The notes below the pieces were generated by a model. That model had not been told where the DNA came from and did not search any database. It worked only from the letters and a program-made list of their open reading frames with translations. From Verrucomicrobiaceae bacterium (GTDB lineage Bacteria; Verrucomicrobiota; Verrucomicrobiia; Verrucomicrobiales; Akkermansiaceae), in NCBI GenBank assembly GCA_051252135.1, contig JBPOGH010000009.1, positions 1 to 64,000 on the forward strand: DNA of 64,000 nucleotides, written 5' to 3'. How positions within the stretch are numbered: position 1 is the first letter of the stretch; each line of letters starts with the position of its first letter. Below are positions 17,837 through 27,588 of the stretch, piece after piece. A program made the position numbers and the translations under genes.

Positions 17837-19144
17837 CTAGAAGGCTGGTGTTGGGGTAATCCGGAAGAAGACACTCCCTGAATCAGAAGCAGGCATCGGG
17901 AAGGTGTAGCTACTTCCGTCTTCCACTTTTAGTCCACTGGTGACGATTCCCGACCAGTCCAGGAGATCGGGCGAAAACTGGAGGTCATATGTCCCATTTG
18001 AGGGAGCGAGCCACTCGATGGTTGCCTCACCGCTTACCAAGTTCACATCGATGTTGGAAATGTGGATGCGACCACCCGAGGCGTCTGCGCAAAGCTGGAA
18101 CTCGGAGAATTGGGTAGAGTCGATGAGGCCCCCGACGTCCGGTTCCCGGATTGAGCGGACCAGGAATTTGTAAGAGGTGTAGGTATTGCTGTTGGCGAAG
18201 AAGACCTCCGGTGCGGCGGTGAAGCGATCGAAGGGTGTTTCCACTTCACCGCTGGCAATCAGAGTCCAATTTTCTGCAAAGCCATCGCCATTATCTTCAG
18301 TCACGATGGTATCGTTGGTGCCATAGAGATCCCAGAGAATCGGATCCCGTCCTTCGGCGTCGTTGGCGGAGGTGAGGAGAAAGGAATTTACGAGAGTGGC
18401 TCCAATGGATGGGGTCACGATGAACCCGCTGTTTTCCCGACCAAAGTTCAGGTATTTGGTGTTGGTGTCACCGTCGAAGAGGTTTCCGGGTCCTTCGGCA
18501 GCGGGGTAGGCGCTCTCGGGGGATGCTTCGTGGACGGCGAGAACGGAGTCGGTTGCACCAAAAAGGGGCGCTCCCAAGGCATCGATATCATCCCAGCCCT
18601 GGAGATCGGCGATCTGCATGGAATTGTGGCCGGCGCCTTTCATCGTCGGGAAGATGAATTTATAGGAAGAGTAAGCGGAATCATTGGCAATGTTGACGAC
18701 GGCAGCCTGGGTGAGTCTGTCGGAAGGCAGGGCGAGATCGATTGCAGTAATTTGGGTCCATGTTTCCGCGTCACCCGCGGTGTTGTCTGCAGAGACGATG
18801 GCCTCATTGGTCCCGTAGATGATGACACTTGCGGGGTCTCTTTCCTCGGAATCGTTGGCGGTGGTGAAGATGAAGCTTCGGAGGGCCTTGTCGCCACCTG
18901 CGGGGGTGACAATGAAGCCGGAGTTTTCCTTCGCGAAGTTGAGATATTTGGTTTCAGCGGACTGATCGACAACGGATGACGGTCCTTCGGCACCGGGGTA
19001 GTTGCTGTTAGAGGTGCGGTCTTCATCAATCGCGATGACGGGATCGCCGATGGTGATGATGGAGTCGCCCGGTGCGAATTGGGGAAGGGCGAAGATTACT
19101 GCCCCCAAGGCACACGCAATTCTAAATTTTAATAAACTTCTCAT
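17837..19144 (-). CDS. Secreted protein with two discoidin-like modules and a C-terminal Ig-like domain
   Basis: Same TKYLNFxxENSGFIVTP modules as 12756-13841; ends YDLQFSPDLLDW...VFFRI. Confidence 0.8.
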   Translation of the reverse strand: MRSLLKFRIACALGAVIFALPQFAPGDSIITIGDPVIAIDEDRTSNSNYPGAEGPSSVVDQSAETKYLNFAKENSGFIVTPAGGDKALRSFIFTTANDSEERDPASVIIYGTNEAIVSADNTAGDAETWTQITAIDLALPSDRLTQAAVVNIANDSAYSSYKFIFPTMKGAGHNSMQIADLQGWDDIDALGAPLFGATDSVLAVHEASPESAYPAAEGPGNLFDGDTNTKYLNFGRENSGFIVTPSIGATLVNSFLLTSANDAEGRDPILWDLYGTNDTIVTEDNGDGFAENWTLIASGEVETPFDRFTAAPEVFFANSNTYTSYKFLVRSIREPDVGGLIDSTQFSEFQLCADASGGRIHISNIDVNLVSGEATIEWLAPSNGTYDLQFSPDLLDWSGIVTSGLKVEDGSSYTFPMPASDSGSVFFRITPTPAF

Positions 19145-19437
19145 ATTCAAAGATGAGAGGCTAGAGGTCGTCATCGACAGCAAGCAAGTAGGTAACTATG
19201 GATGTCAGACAGATTCATCAAAATAGACAAATGCTCTCAATTAGACAGTTAAGGGGGTTGACCCAGATGGGGGAGCGTATCGTAGAGACAATTAGGACAC
19301 CTTTAAGGGGAACCGAGGAGCGGGAATGGAGGGCGCCAATTTTTAAAAATAGGAGGGTTTCCTCTCACCTCGCTCGGCGATGGTGCTCGAGAGTGGAACA
19401 GGATTGGAAGCCGTCCGTGGTTTATGGGATGGTCTTC

Positions 19438-19920
19438 CTAGAACGCCTTGTTGAGTTCCCAAGGGTGGCGGTCCTTGAGGTCGATGGGGGCATCATCGGA
19501 GGCCGTGGGTTCCTGGCCGGAGGGGGCATCGCAGCTCCAGCAGTTTGGGAAGTTCAGCGGGTTTTGTTCTCCGCATGAGCAGGACCATGATTTGGCGGAT
19601 TCGACGAGCTCGTCGAGTTGGGGGAGGTCGAGGGTGGAGATGAAATCGGTGAACTGCTGTTGCGAGATTTTTTCTTCGGAGAGGGATTCGAATTCCTCAC
19701 CGAGGTGCCGCCATTTTGGGAAGTCCTTGTCGTCGATGTATTGTGCATGTTTGCAGGATGAGCATTCGACGAGGCGGACGGAGTCGACCTTGAGCGCAAA
19801 TCCGAAGACCTTTTTTGGCGGCGAGACGTTGGAGACGAGATTGAAGATGGCGACCTTGCTGCAGTGGGGGCAGGTGGTGGAGAGGAGCGGGAACTCGATG
19901 GTTGTGGCGATCTTTGACAT
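19438..19920 (-). CDS. Multi zinc-ribbon protein
   Basis: CPHC, CSSC and RanBP2-like WSCSCGEQN...CWSC. Confidence 0.75.
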   Translation of the reverse strand: MSKIATTIEFPLLSTTCPHCSKVAIFNLVSNVSPPKKVFGFALKVDSVRLVECSSCKHAQYIDDKDFPKWRHLGEEFESLSEEKISQQQFTDFISTLDLPQLDELVESAKSWSCSCGEQNPLNFPNCWSCDAPSGQEPTASDDAPIDLKDRHPWELNKAF

Positions 19921-19926
19921 GGCGTT

Positions 19927-22203
19927 TTACCAGCGTTCGGCGATGGCGCGGAGGTAGCGGAAGTTTGAGGTGCGGACGTCGGCGCGGAGGCAGACGACGA
20001 ATTCCTCGAGGCCGCCTTCGATTTGTTCGCGGGAGATTTCTTCGATTTGGTCGGGGCCGAGGTCGTTCCAGGTGGTGAGGTCATGGGATCCCTGGAAGCG
20101 CATGCGGGCGTCGATGGCGGAGAGGGCCATGCGGCAGCGGAGGCCGAGGTGTTGGTCGCCGTTTTCGGCGGTGATGATTTCCGGTTTGGGGTCGCCGAGG
20201 TGGTCGTCGGATTGGTCGGCGGGGTTGGTGCCGACGCAGTATTCCCAGAAGCGGTTGGTGGTGAGGGCGCCGTCCGCGGGGTTTGTCCAGGTGGTCCAGA
20301 AGTCGAAGGGTTCCTCGCCGTCGGGGGAGCCGGCTTCGACGTGGCCTTTGGCGAAGTGGCCGAGGTTGGACTCGAGGCAGACGAGCCAGAGGCCGGAGGA
20401 GATGGGGCCGAGATCGTAGTGGTGCTCGATCCATTGTCCGGCGCCGGTGGTGTCCGAGGGAGGGATGATGCCGATGGGTTCTTTGCTGCCGGCGCGGTGG
20501 AAGACGGGGCGGAGGAAGAAGGAGGGTCCGACGGGGTGGATGCGGCCCCAGTCGACGGCCCAGTTGTCACGGGCAGCGAGGTCTTCGGGGACGAAGAGGC
20601 GGACTTGGGCGGTCCAGCGGCCGATGAGTTCGTTATTTACGATGGTGAGTTGGGAGGTGTTGACGGGCTCGGGGTCCTCGGGGTGGATGTTGACGGTGAG
20701 GTGGCCGATGAGGGGGCGGAGGAGGTGGTTTCCAAGGGTGTCGGCGACGAGCTCGGGCTGGCTGAGGAGGAGTTGGTAGCGGCCTCGGTCTTCGACATCC
20801 CAAGATCCTCCGGGAGGTTCCATGCGGTAGGTGGCGATGGCTCCGGCGGAGAAGTCGGCGGTGACGGCGAGATCGGTGCGTTCGAGGGGGAAGACCTGAC
20901 CCTGGCGGTTCATGGCGGTGAGTTGTTGGGCTTCGATGCCGCTGATGACGAGCTCGCTCGGGTCGGAGAAGTGGACCTGGAATTCGAGGGCTTCTTCGCC
21001 GGGGGTGTTGACCTCGGCGCCGGTGACTTCGACACGGGGTGGTGAAACGTCGCCTCCTCCGCCGGTTCGGGTGACGGTGAAGTTTGCTTCTCCGATGACT
21101 TTTTCGAGGGAGGAGAGCCGGTATTGGTAGTCGCCGGGATCGAAGGTGCCGAGGAAGAGTTGGTGCTCGATGACGACGGGGGCGATGAGATCGACGGCGG
21201 GGTTGATCCAGGTGGTGACGGAGGATTGGAGCGTGGTTCCGTCCTGCCGGGGTTCGCCCCAGTGGATCTCGGCGACGTATTCGTTGTAGGTCAGGGTGAT
21301 ATTGGCGGCGTAGAAGTTACGAAGGCCGAGGGTGGGGAGTTCGCGGATGTTGATGGCGACCTTTGAGGGGAGGGCCTTGATGAGGTCGTCATGGCTGCCG
21401 GGAATGATGAAGGTGGTCTCGGCGAGGTCCTTGTCGCCGGAGCGAAGCCGGACCTGGTAGGAGCCGGGGTCGAGCATGCCGAGTTCGATGCGGTGTTCGT
21501 AGGTGGTGACGACCTGGGGGACGATGTCGCCGAGCGGAGATGCTTCGACATTGATGGTGAAGTTTCCTGCGGAGTCGAACTGGACCTGGCTCCATGAGAC
21601 GTTGACGGGGGTGGGGAAGGTGGCGGTGAGTTGCGCGACGGCGAGTTGGGATTCATTGCCTCCGGGAGCGCCGGGGGTGGGGAAGGTTTCGACGGTGATG
21701 GTGCCGGCGAGGGCGGGGATGGGTGGTTGTTCCTTTTCGATGGCGACTTTGAAAGAGCCGGCAAGGGTGAGGGGGATGGTGGTGGCGTCGGCGAGGGAGA
21801 TTTCGCCTCCGGTGAGGAGGACGGCGTATTCGCCATTGTGTTCTCTGGTCCATCCGCCACGGGGGGCGTCGAGTTGGTAGGTGGCGATGATGTCCTGGGA
21901 GAGGTCGTGGGGTTCTTCGCCGGGGATGGGGTCGATGGGGGCCCAGGCGAGGAATTGGACGGGGGCGTGGAAGCCGGAGGCGTTGGTGACGAAGAGGTCG
22001 TTGTGATCGAGGCTGTCCGGTGCGATGGCGGGGTGGCTGGAGATTTGGAGGTCGAGGGTGACGGGAGCGTCTCCGGCTGTGGTGACAGGGGCGGCGTTGA
22101 GTTCCACGGAGGCCCAGGAGATCCCGTCCTGAGCGAGGGAGACATTGAGGGCGAGGAGGTAGGAGAGGAACCCGAGGGTTCGAGGGGGAAATTTCCAAGG
22201 CAT
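19927..22203 (-). CDS. Secreted modular repeat protein
   Basis: Signal peptide from ATG 22203; two kinds of internal repeat; C-terminal EYCVGTNP...SHDLTTW...RYLR. Confidence 0.75.
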   Translation of the reverse strand: MPWKFPPRTLGFLSYLLALNVSLAQDGISWASVELNAAPVTTAGDAPVTLDLQISSHPAIAPDSLDHNDLFVTNASGFHAPVQFLAWAPIDPIPGEEPHDLSQDIIATYQLDAPRGGWTREHNGEYAVLLTGGEISLADATTIPLTLAGSFKVAIEKEQPPIPALAGTITVETFPTPGAPGGNESQLAVAQLTATFPTPVNVSWSQVQFDSAGNFTINVEASPLGDIVPQVVTTYEHRIELGMLDPGSYQVRLRSGDKDLAETTFIIPGSHDDLIKALPSKVAINIRELPTLGLRNFYAANITLTYNEYVAEIHWGEPRQDGTTLQSSVTTWINPAVDLIAPVVIEHQLFLGTFDPGDYQYRLSSLEKVIGEANFTVTRTGGGGDVSPPRVEVTGAEVNTPGEEALEFQVHFSDPSELVISGIEAQQLTAMNRQGQVFPLERTDLAVTADFSAGAIATYRMEPPGGSWDVEDRGRYQLLLSQPELVADTLGNHLLRPLIGHLTVNIHPEDPEPVNTSQLTIVNNELIGRWTAQVRLFVPEDLAARDNWAVDWGRIHPVGPSFFLRPVFHRAGSKEPIGIIPPSDTTGAGQWIEHHYDLGPISSGLWLVCLESNLGHFAKGHVEAGSPDGEEPFDFWTTWTNPADGALTTNRFWEYCVGTNPADQSDDHLGDPKPEIITAENGDQHLGLRCRMALSAIDARMRFQGSHDLTTWNDLGPDQIEEISREQIEGGLEEFVVCLRADVRTSNFRYLRAIAERW

Positions 22204-22399
22204 GGCCAAATGAAGAGATTTGGGCGAGAGGGTGCGCTTTTTTTTAGCGGAGTTCAATTTAAAAGGGGGCGGGGAAAGGGGGGTAGCCGATCGAACTTGG
22301 GTGGTCTCCGCGCCGGGGAGCGGAAGGGTGTGTGTAGAAGCTTGGTCCTTCGGTTATCCGGTTCTGGCGAATTTTTGTTTTTGAGGTAGTTTCTCCATC

Positions 22400-23662
22400 A
22401 TGTCTGCATTTCGTTTTGCTTATCTTGCGTGTTTTTCGCTGATTGGATCGACGTTGTTTTCCTCTGCGGAGGGGCCCTCGTGGACCGGGTGGAGGGGGGC
22501 GAATCGCGATGCGAAGGTTGAGGGATTTGTGGCTCCGAAGGAGTGGCCGGAGGAGTTGGAGAAGATTTGGACGAGCGAGGTGGGAGACGGGTATGCGACG
22601 CCGTTGGTGGTGGGAGAGCGGGTTTTTCAACATGCCCGGGAGGGTGGGAAAGAGGTGGTTTTGTGTCTGAATTTGAAGAATGGAGAGGAGCTTTGGAGGA
22701 GTGAGGTGGGGGTGGAGTTTGAGGCGGGGCGCGGGGGGGAGAGGCATGGGCTGGGGCCGAAATCGACTCCCACGATTGCGGATGGTCGGGTGTTTACGTT
22801 GAGCATTACGGGGGTGCTCAGCGCGTGGTCGAGCGAGGATGGGAAGCTGCTTTGGCGGCGTGATTTTCAGGAGCGTTTTGAGAAGGCGCATCCTTATTGG
22901 GGGACGGCGACTTCTCCGATTGTGGATGGCGGGCGGATTTTTGTGCACACGGGTAGTTGTGAGGAGGGGGCGCTTTTTTGTCTCGATGTGACGAGCGGGA
23001 AGGACATTTGGGTGAATGAGGAGCATGCCCATTGTTATTCCTCTCCGCTCATTGAAACGATCGATGGGGTGCGCCAGTTGGTGGAGTTCAATCACGCGGG
23101 GCTTTGCGGGATTGATTTGGCCGACGGGAGAGTTCTTTGGAATCATTCCTTCCCTCATCATGGGAACAATCAGAACACGCCCACTCCGGTGCGGCATGAG
23201 GATTTGTTTATCGTGGGGGGAGAGAATCGGGGGATGTTTGCGGTGAGACCGAAGAAGGAGGGTGGGGAGTGGTCGGTTGAGCGGGTGTGGAGGCACCGGG
23301 ATGTGTCGTTTGATATGAGCAGTCCGGTGATGAATGGCGGGCTGATTTATGGGTTCAGCGAATTCAAGATGGGCCGGATTTGTTGTTTGGATCCGAAGAC
23401 GGGGAAGGTGCTTTGGGAGGGGGATCCGCGGATGGGTAAGAACGGGCAGTTTCTTTCCTTACCGGGTTATGTTTTGGCTCTGACCGATCAGGGGTTGCTG
23501 AGAGTTCTGAGGGGGAACGATGAGAAGTACGAGGTGGTGCGGACTTATCGCTTGGCAGAGGATGATACGTGGACGGCCCCGGCGCTGGTGGGAGATGTGC
23601 TTCTTAGCAAGGCCGGTGATCATCTGACGGCGTGGCGTTTTCCCCAGGGGGAGGGGCGGTAG
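22400..23662 (+). CDS. PQQ-binding-like (BamB-like) beta-propeller protein
   Basis: Signal peptide; WTGWRG, GYATPLV, GPKSTP, YSSP, TWTAPAL. Confidence 0.88.
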   Translation: MSAFRFAYLACFSLIGSTLFSSAEGPSWTGWRGANRDAKVEGFVAPKEWPEELEKIWTSEVGDGYATPLVVGERVFQHAREGGKEVVLCLNLKNGEELWRSEVGVEFEAGRGGERHGLGPKSTPTIADGRVFTLSITGVLSAWSSEDGKLLWRRDFQERFEKAHPYWGTATSPIVDGGRIFVHTGSCEEGALFCLDVTSGKDIWVNEEHAHCYSSPLIETIDGVRQLVEFNHAGLCGIDLADGRVLWNHSFPHHGNNQNTPTPVRHEDLFIVGGENRGMFAVRPKKEGGEWSVERVWRHRDVSFDMSSPVMNGGLIYGFSEFKMGRICCLDPKTGKVLWEGDPRMGKNGQFLSLPGYVLALTDQGLLRVLRGNDEKYEVVRTYRLAEDDTWTAPALVGDVLLSKAGDHLTAWRFPQGEGR

Positions 23663-23733
23663 GGTTGGGTATTGAGTGGGGAGGTGAGGGTGCTTTCTGA
23701 ATTGTCACGGTTGAGGTGGCGAGTCAGAGGTGA

Positions 23734-26700
23734 GTGGGCTTGCGGGGGTGGGCGGGGGAGGGTAGAGAAGGGGCGTTGAGGGTGACTTATCCAGACCTGC
23801 CGGTGTCGCGGCGGAGGGAGGAGATTTTGGAGGCGATGCGGTCGTCTCAGGTTGTGGTGGTGGTGGGGGAGACGGGGAGTGGGAAGACGACGCAGTTGCC
23901 GAAGATGGCGATTGAGTTGGCGCGGGAGCTTGGTGGGAAGGGGCGGATTGGGTGTACGCAGCCTCGGCGGTTGGCGGCGACATCGGTGGCGCGCCGGGTG
24001 GCGGAGGAGTTGAAGGTGGAGGTGGGGAAAGAAGTGGGTTGGCAGGTGCGGTTTACGGAGGTGTGCTCGAAGGAGACGCAGGTGAAGTTTATGACGGACG
24101 GGATTCTGCTGGCGGAGACGCAGGGGGATCGGTCGTTGAAGCAGTATCACACGATCATCATCGATGAGGCACATGAGCGGTCGTTGAACATCGATTTTTT
24201 GCTGGGTTATTTGAAGCAGTTGGTGACGCGGCGTTCTGATTTGCGGGTGGTGATTTCATCGGCGACGCTGGATGCGGGTCGGTTTTCGGAGTTTTTTGGG
24301 AATTGTCCGGTGGTGGAGGTGGAGGGGCGGACGTTTCCGGTAGAGGATATTTTTCTGCCGGAGTGGGAGGGTGGGGAGAGGCTGAAGGAGCATGTCTTGC
24401 GGGGGGTGGAGTTTGTGACGGAGATGGATCCGGACGGGGACGTGTTGGTATTTTTGCCGGGGGAGCGGGAAATTCGGGAGTGTGCGGAGATGGTGGATGG
24501 GCATGGGTTTCCGAATACGGAGGCGGTGCCGGTGTTTGCGAGGTTGTCGTTGAAGGATCAGGAGCGGGTGTTTCAGCCGAGCGGGAAGAGGCGGATCTTC
24601 ATGGCGACGAATGTGGCGGAGACGAGTCTGACGATTCCGGGGATTGTGAGTGTGGTGGATAGCGGGCAGGCGCGGGTGAGTCGGTTTAGTCCGCAGCGGC
24701 AGGTGCAGAGTCTGCAGGTGGAGATGATCTCGAAGGCGAGCGCGCGGCAGCGTCGGGGAAGGTGTGGTCGGGTGCGGGAGGGGATTTGTGTGAAGCTCTA
24801 CGATGAGGAGACGCTGGAGATGGCATCGGAGTTCACCGATCCGGAGATTCGGAGGAGTGCGTTGAGCGGGGTGATCCTGCGGATGTTATCGCTGGGGTTG
24901 GGGGATGTACGAAATTTTCCGTTTTTAGACCCACCGGGACCGAAGGCGGTGCAGGAAGGGTGGAAGACCTTGGAGGAGGTGGGGGCCGTCGCTACGCGAC
25001 GGAGTGGACAGTTGACAGTGGACAGTGGACAGAGCTTGGGTTCTGGAGCTGGGGTTGAGGGCGGGGAGGCTGGAGGTCGGAAGACGGAGGACAGAGGACA
25101 GAGCGGTTCTGGAGCCGGGGTTGATGATGTTCGGCTGAAGCCTACACTACGAACTGGGGGGAGAGGGAAGAATAAGGAGGCGGGGTTGACGGAGATGGGG
25201 TGGCGGTTGGCGAAGTTGCCTTTGGATCCGAGGTTGGGTCGGATGTTGGTGGAGAGTGAGCGGCGGGGGGTGTTTGAGGAGTGTTTGATTATTGTGTCGG
25301 CGCTGTCGGCGATGGATGTGCGGGAGCGGCCGCAGGGGAAGGAGGAGCGGGCAGATGAGGCGCAGGCGAAGTTCCTGGATGAGCGGTCGGACTTTGGGGT
25401 GTTTTTGAATTTATGGCGGGGGATTGGGGAGTTCCGGGAGGGGGGGAAGTTGAAGGCGAACCAGCTGCGGAAGTGGTGTGAGAAGAGTTTTATCAGCTAT
25501 CGAAGGGTGCGGGAGTGGCTGGGGGTTTATGCGGAGTTGCGGCGGGCGTTTCGGGGGAAAGAGGGAGGGAAGGAGTTGGCGACGCCGGCGGATGTTTATG
25601 CGGAGGTGCATAAGTCGATTTTGGCGGGGGTGCCGAAGCAGGTGGGGGTGTGGGATAAGGAGAAGAAAACTTACCATGGTGTTTCCAATCTTAAGTTTGC
25701 GGTCTTTCCGGGGTCGGGGTTGTTTAAGCAGAAGCGGGCGTTGTGGGTGATTGGGTTTGAGTTGGTGGAGACGAGCCGGTTGTGGGCGCGGAAGGTGGCG
25801 GAGATTGATCCGAAGTGGGTGGAGGAGGTGGTGCCGCACTTGTGCCGGAAGAAGTATTATTCGCCGTATTGGAATGAGCAGCAGGGGGCGGTGTATGGCT
25901 TGGAGGATGTCTTATTGGGCGGGCTGAGTGTGGTGGAGGGTCGGAGGGTCTTCTTTGGGCGGGTGAATCCGAAGGTGGCCTTTGAGGTGTTTGTGCGGGA
26001 GGCGCTGGTGGAGGGGAAGATGCGGGGGAAGCATCCGGTGCTGGAGAATTTGGCGTGGGTGAGGGAGGGGATTTTTGGAGCGGAGCGGAAGTTACGACGG
26101 GTGGGGTATTTGTGGAACGAGGTGGCGGCTTATGATTTCTTTTTTGAGCGGGTGCCGGCCTTTGTGAACACGGCGAAGCAGTTCTTTGATCTGACGAAGG
26201 AGCCGGCGCATGCGGAGAAGTTGATGGTGCGGTTTGGGGATTTGATTTGGGAGGAGGGGCTTGAGGAGCGGTTGCAGTTTTTCCCGGATCGGGTGCGGCA
26301 TGATGAGCGGGATTGGGCGGTGAGTTATGTGAGTGATTTGGAGGCGGAGGATGACGGGCTGACCTTTGAGGTGGGGATTGATGAGTTGCCGTTGTTTCCG
26401 GATTATTTGGCGAGTTGGGGGGTGTTGGGTTTGTTGTCGGAGCGGGTGGAGTTGTTGATCCGGAGTTTGCCGAAGGATTGGCGGAGGTTGTGTCAGCCGA
26501 TTGCGGAGATGGTGGATTTGTTTGTGGATGAGTGGGATGGCTGGGAGCCGCAGGTGGGGCTGGAGGAGGCGTTGTTGGAGTATTTGGTGCGGCGGACGGG
26601 GCAGCCGATTGAGGGGATGGATGGGGAGCGGTTGCCGGGGCATTTGCGACCGAAGATTCGGGTGCGGGATGAGAAGGGTGAGGTGATGGCGTTTGGGGAG

Positions 26701-27588
26701 GATGCGCGGTGGATCAAGGAGAAGCTGGCGGGTGAGCTGCGGTCGCGGCGGGAGTCGGCGGCGAATGAGGAGTGGGAGATGACGGGTGGTGAGGTGTGGA
26801 GTTTTGGAGAGGTGCCGGTGGAGGCTGAGGGGGTGTATCCGGCGCTGGTGGATGAGGGGGAGACGGTGGGGATGCGGGCGTTCCTGGATGAGGAAGAGGC
26901 GCGCGAGAGTCATCGGGCGGGGGTGGTGCGCTTGTTTCTGCTGGAGCATTACGAGCACGGGAATTATGTGCGGAAGAGTTTTCCGCTGAAGATGGCGGGG
27001 AAGTTTATGCTGCCTCTTTTGCCGGATGGGACGGTGGAGGATTGGGTGCGGTGTGCGGCGGAGGGGGCGCTGGGGAAGATGCCGCGAAGCGAGGAGGAGT
27101 TTGCGGCGGTGTCGGGCGATGCGCGCGGGGAGTGGTATGGAGCGGCGGAGAAGATTACGGCGGCGGTGGAGGGGATGGCGGATGCGGATGGCCGGGTGCG
27201 GGAGTGGATGGAGCGGCATCGGCAGGACCGGCATTTGGGCGAGGTGGTGCTGCAGTTTGAGGAGGAGCGGGCGTGGCTCTTGCGGGGAGGGTTTGGGTGG
27301 AAGTCGGGCTTTGAGCGGATGCGGCGGTATCAACGCTATTTCTTTGGGATGGAGGAGCGGATTGCGCGGCTGGAGAGCCAGCCGTTGATTCGGGATGAGG
27401 AGAAGCAGGATCGTTTTTTACCGCTGTGGGATGCGTGGCAGGAGCAGTGGCAGGAGCGGCCGGAGGCGGTGCGGCTTTGGGAGATCGGGTGGATGCTGGA
27501 GGAGTGGCGGCTGCAGCTTTTTGCGCCGGGGGTGCCTCATGAGGGGAAGGTGAGCGCGAAGCGGATTGAGAAGGCGCTGGGGCTTTAG
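23734..27588 (+). CDS. hrpA: ATP-dependent RNA helicase HrpA (DEAH box, C-terminal DUF3418-type region); start uncertain
   Basis: GETGSGKTTQLPK, TQPRRLAA, DEAHERSLNIDFLLG, SAT, QRRGRCGR, WMLEEWRLQLFA...VSAKRI. Confidence 0.95.
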   Translation: MGLRGWAGEGREGALRVTYPDLPVSRRREEILEAMRSSQVVVVVGETGSGKTTQLPKMAIELARELGGKGRIGCTQPRRLAATSVARRVAEELKVEVGKEVGWQVRFTEVCSKETQVKFMTDGILLAETQGDRSLKQYHTIIIDEAHERSLNIDFLLGYLKQLVTRRSDLRVVISSATLDAGRFSEFFGNCPVVEVEGRTFPVEDIFLPEWEGGERLKEHVLRGVEFVTEMDPDGDVLVFLPGEREIRECAEMVDGHGFPNTEAVPVFARLSLKDQERVFQPSGKRRIFMATNVAETSLTIPGIVSVVDSGQARVSRFSPQRQVQSLQVEMISKASARQRRGRCGRVREGICVKLYDEETLEMASEFTDPEIRRSALSGVILRMLSLGLGDVRNFPFLDPPGPKAVQEGWKTLEEVGAVATRRSGQLTVDSGQSLGSGAGVEGGEAGGRKTEDRGQSGSGAGVDDVRLKPTLRTGGRGKNKEAGLTEMGWRLAKLPLDPRLGRMLVESERRGVFEECLIIVSALSAMDVRERPQGKEERADEAQAKFLDERSDFGVFLNLWRGIGEFREGGKLKANQLRKWCEKSFISYRRVREWLGVYAELRRAFRGKEGGKELATPADVYAEVHKSILAGVPKQVGVWDKEKKTYHGVSNLKFAVFPGSGLFKQKRALWVIGFELVETSRLWARKVAEIDPKWVEEVVPHLCRKKYYSPYWNEQQGAVYGLEDVLLGGLSVVEGRRVFFGRVNPKVAFEVFVREALVEGKMRGKHPVLENLAWVREGIFGAERKLRRVGYLWNEVAAYDFFFERVPAFVNTAKQFFDLTKEPAHAEKLMVRFGDLIWEEGLEERLQFFPDRVRHDERDWAVSYVSDLEAEDDGLTFEVGIDELPLFPDYLASWGVLGLLSERVELLIRSLPKDWRRLCQPIAEMVDLFVDEWDGWEPQVGLEEALLEYLVRRTGQPIEGMDGERLPGHLRPKIRVRDEKGEVMAFGEDARWIKEKLAGELRSRRESAANEEWEMTGGEVWSFGEVPVEAEGVYPALVDEGETVGMRAFLDEEEARESHRAGVVRLFLLEHYEHGNYVRKSFPLKMAGKFMLPLLPDGTVEDWVRCAAEGALGKMPRSEEEFAAVSGDARGEWYGAAEKITAAVEGMADADGRVREWMERHRQDRHLGEVVLQFEEERAWLLRGGFGWKSGFERMRRYQRYFFGMEERIARLESQPLIRDEEKQDRFLPLWDAWQEQWQERPEAVRLWEIGWMLEEWRLQLFAPGVPHEGKVSAKRIEKALGL
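24986..25154 (+). repeat. Mosaic of palindromes and heptamer repeats lying in frame within hrpA
   Basis: CCGTCGC-tac-GCGACGG; (TGGACAG)n; duplicated GGACAGAGC..GGTTCTGGAGCyGGGGTTGA; GTTCGGCTGAAGCCTACACTACGAAC. Confidence 0.75.
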
